Source: Pseudomonadota bacterium (lineage in GTDB: Bacteria > Desulfobacterota > Desulfobulbia > Desulfobulbales > JAGXFP01). From it: a stretch of 46,809 nt of DNA. Within the stretch, counting starts at the first letter, position 1. Every line of letters starts with the position of its first letter. The position numbers and the translations under genes were made by a program. Shown here in pieces: positions 46,687-46,809 of this stretch. Location: the NCBI GenBank assembly GCA_030673265.1, contig DAOVJK010000001.1:1-46809 (forward strand), read 5' to 3'. A model generated the notes under the pieces. The model worked only from the letters and a program-made list of their open reading frames with translations, ran no database searches and was not told the origin of the DNA.

Positions 46687-46809
46687 CGGGACCTGACTGA
46701 TTTTACCGATTCATATGATGGCCGGATGTTGGAACCGGTTACCCTGCCGGCGAAGCTGCCGATGCTGTTGATGCTTGGCGCCGAAGGTATTGCCGTCGGC
46801 ATGGCCACC
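46548..46809. repeat. 123-bp imperfect inverted repeat (foldback) at the window edge
   Basis: Arm A (46548-46670) and arm B (46687-46809) are reverse complements with 8 mismatches in 123 positions by manual alignment. The spacer is 16 nt. Confidence 0.9.

Noticed and set aside
1-46809. CRISPR arrays, tRNA/rRNA genes, prophage or integrase genes
   Set aside because: I found no regularly spaced direct repeats, no cloverleaf-like or rRNA-like segments in the intergenic regions I inspected, and no integrase or recombinase ORF. The only mobile trace is the decayed IS1595 remnant.

Overview
This is a 46.8-kb contig-end window. Its gene content points to an anaerobic Desulfobacterota (Desulfobulbales-like) genome or MAG/SAG: multihaem cytochromes, sigma-54 two-component systems and an HD-GYP regulator. 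That taxonomic call is an inference. I saw no rRNA, tRNA or CRISPR array.

Layout:
- 1-12.5 kb, housekeeping: prfC (partial, absent from the ORF track), rlmN, a coupled radical-SAM gene, serC, a CheY-like receiver, miaA, pgsA, recJ, purB, miaB and a PHP phosphoesterase.
- 12.6-18.9 kb: an MMPL/RND transporter followed by two tiny Cys-rich metal-binding ORFs, one with an in-frame TAG. Then a REC-HD-GYP regulator and a Tat-signal Cys-rich protein with a C-terminal CxxCH.
- 19.4-22.2 kb: a visibly AT-richer stretch with a 738-aa orphan ORF and a decayed IS1595/ISXO2-like transposase remnant. The remnant contains a perfect 22-bp palindrome.
- 22.3-35.9 kb, the most interesting locus: a dihaem-b-type membrane cytochrome plus a membrane-anchored 11-haem cytochrome c, then a tightly packed 7-gene minus-strand operon. 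The operon encodes an ABC ATPase, a TlpA-like thioredoxin lipoprotein, NosL, a small anchor protein, an FtsX/MacB permease, a second ABC ATPase and a Cys-containing polytopic membrane protein. It diverges from a secreted His-rich roughly 390-aa protein with a C-terminal CxxCH and a second FtsX permease, and is flanked by an NtrC-type sigma-54 two-component system. No canonical nosZ, nosD, nosY or nosR is present. I read this as a candidate uncharacterised periplasmic metalloenzyme assembly and electron-delivery module.
- 36-46.8 kb: an fmdE-like/moeA-like pair behind a possible sigma-54 promoter, a histidine kinase with a tandem-duplicated periplasmic binding protein, PgaB-like and Bax-like envelope genes, ppiA and a ParC-like topoisomerase gene.

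The ParC-like gene is cut off by a 123-bp imperfect foldback at the window edge, probably a chimeric or strain-mixed assembly end.
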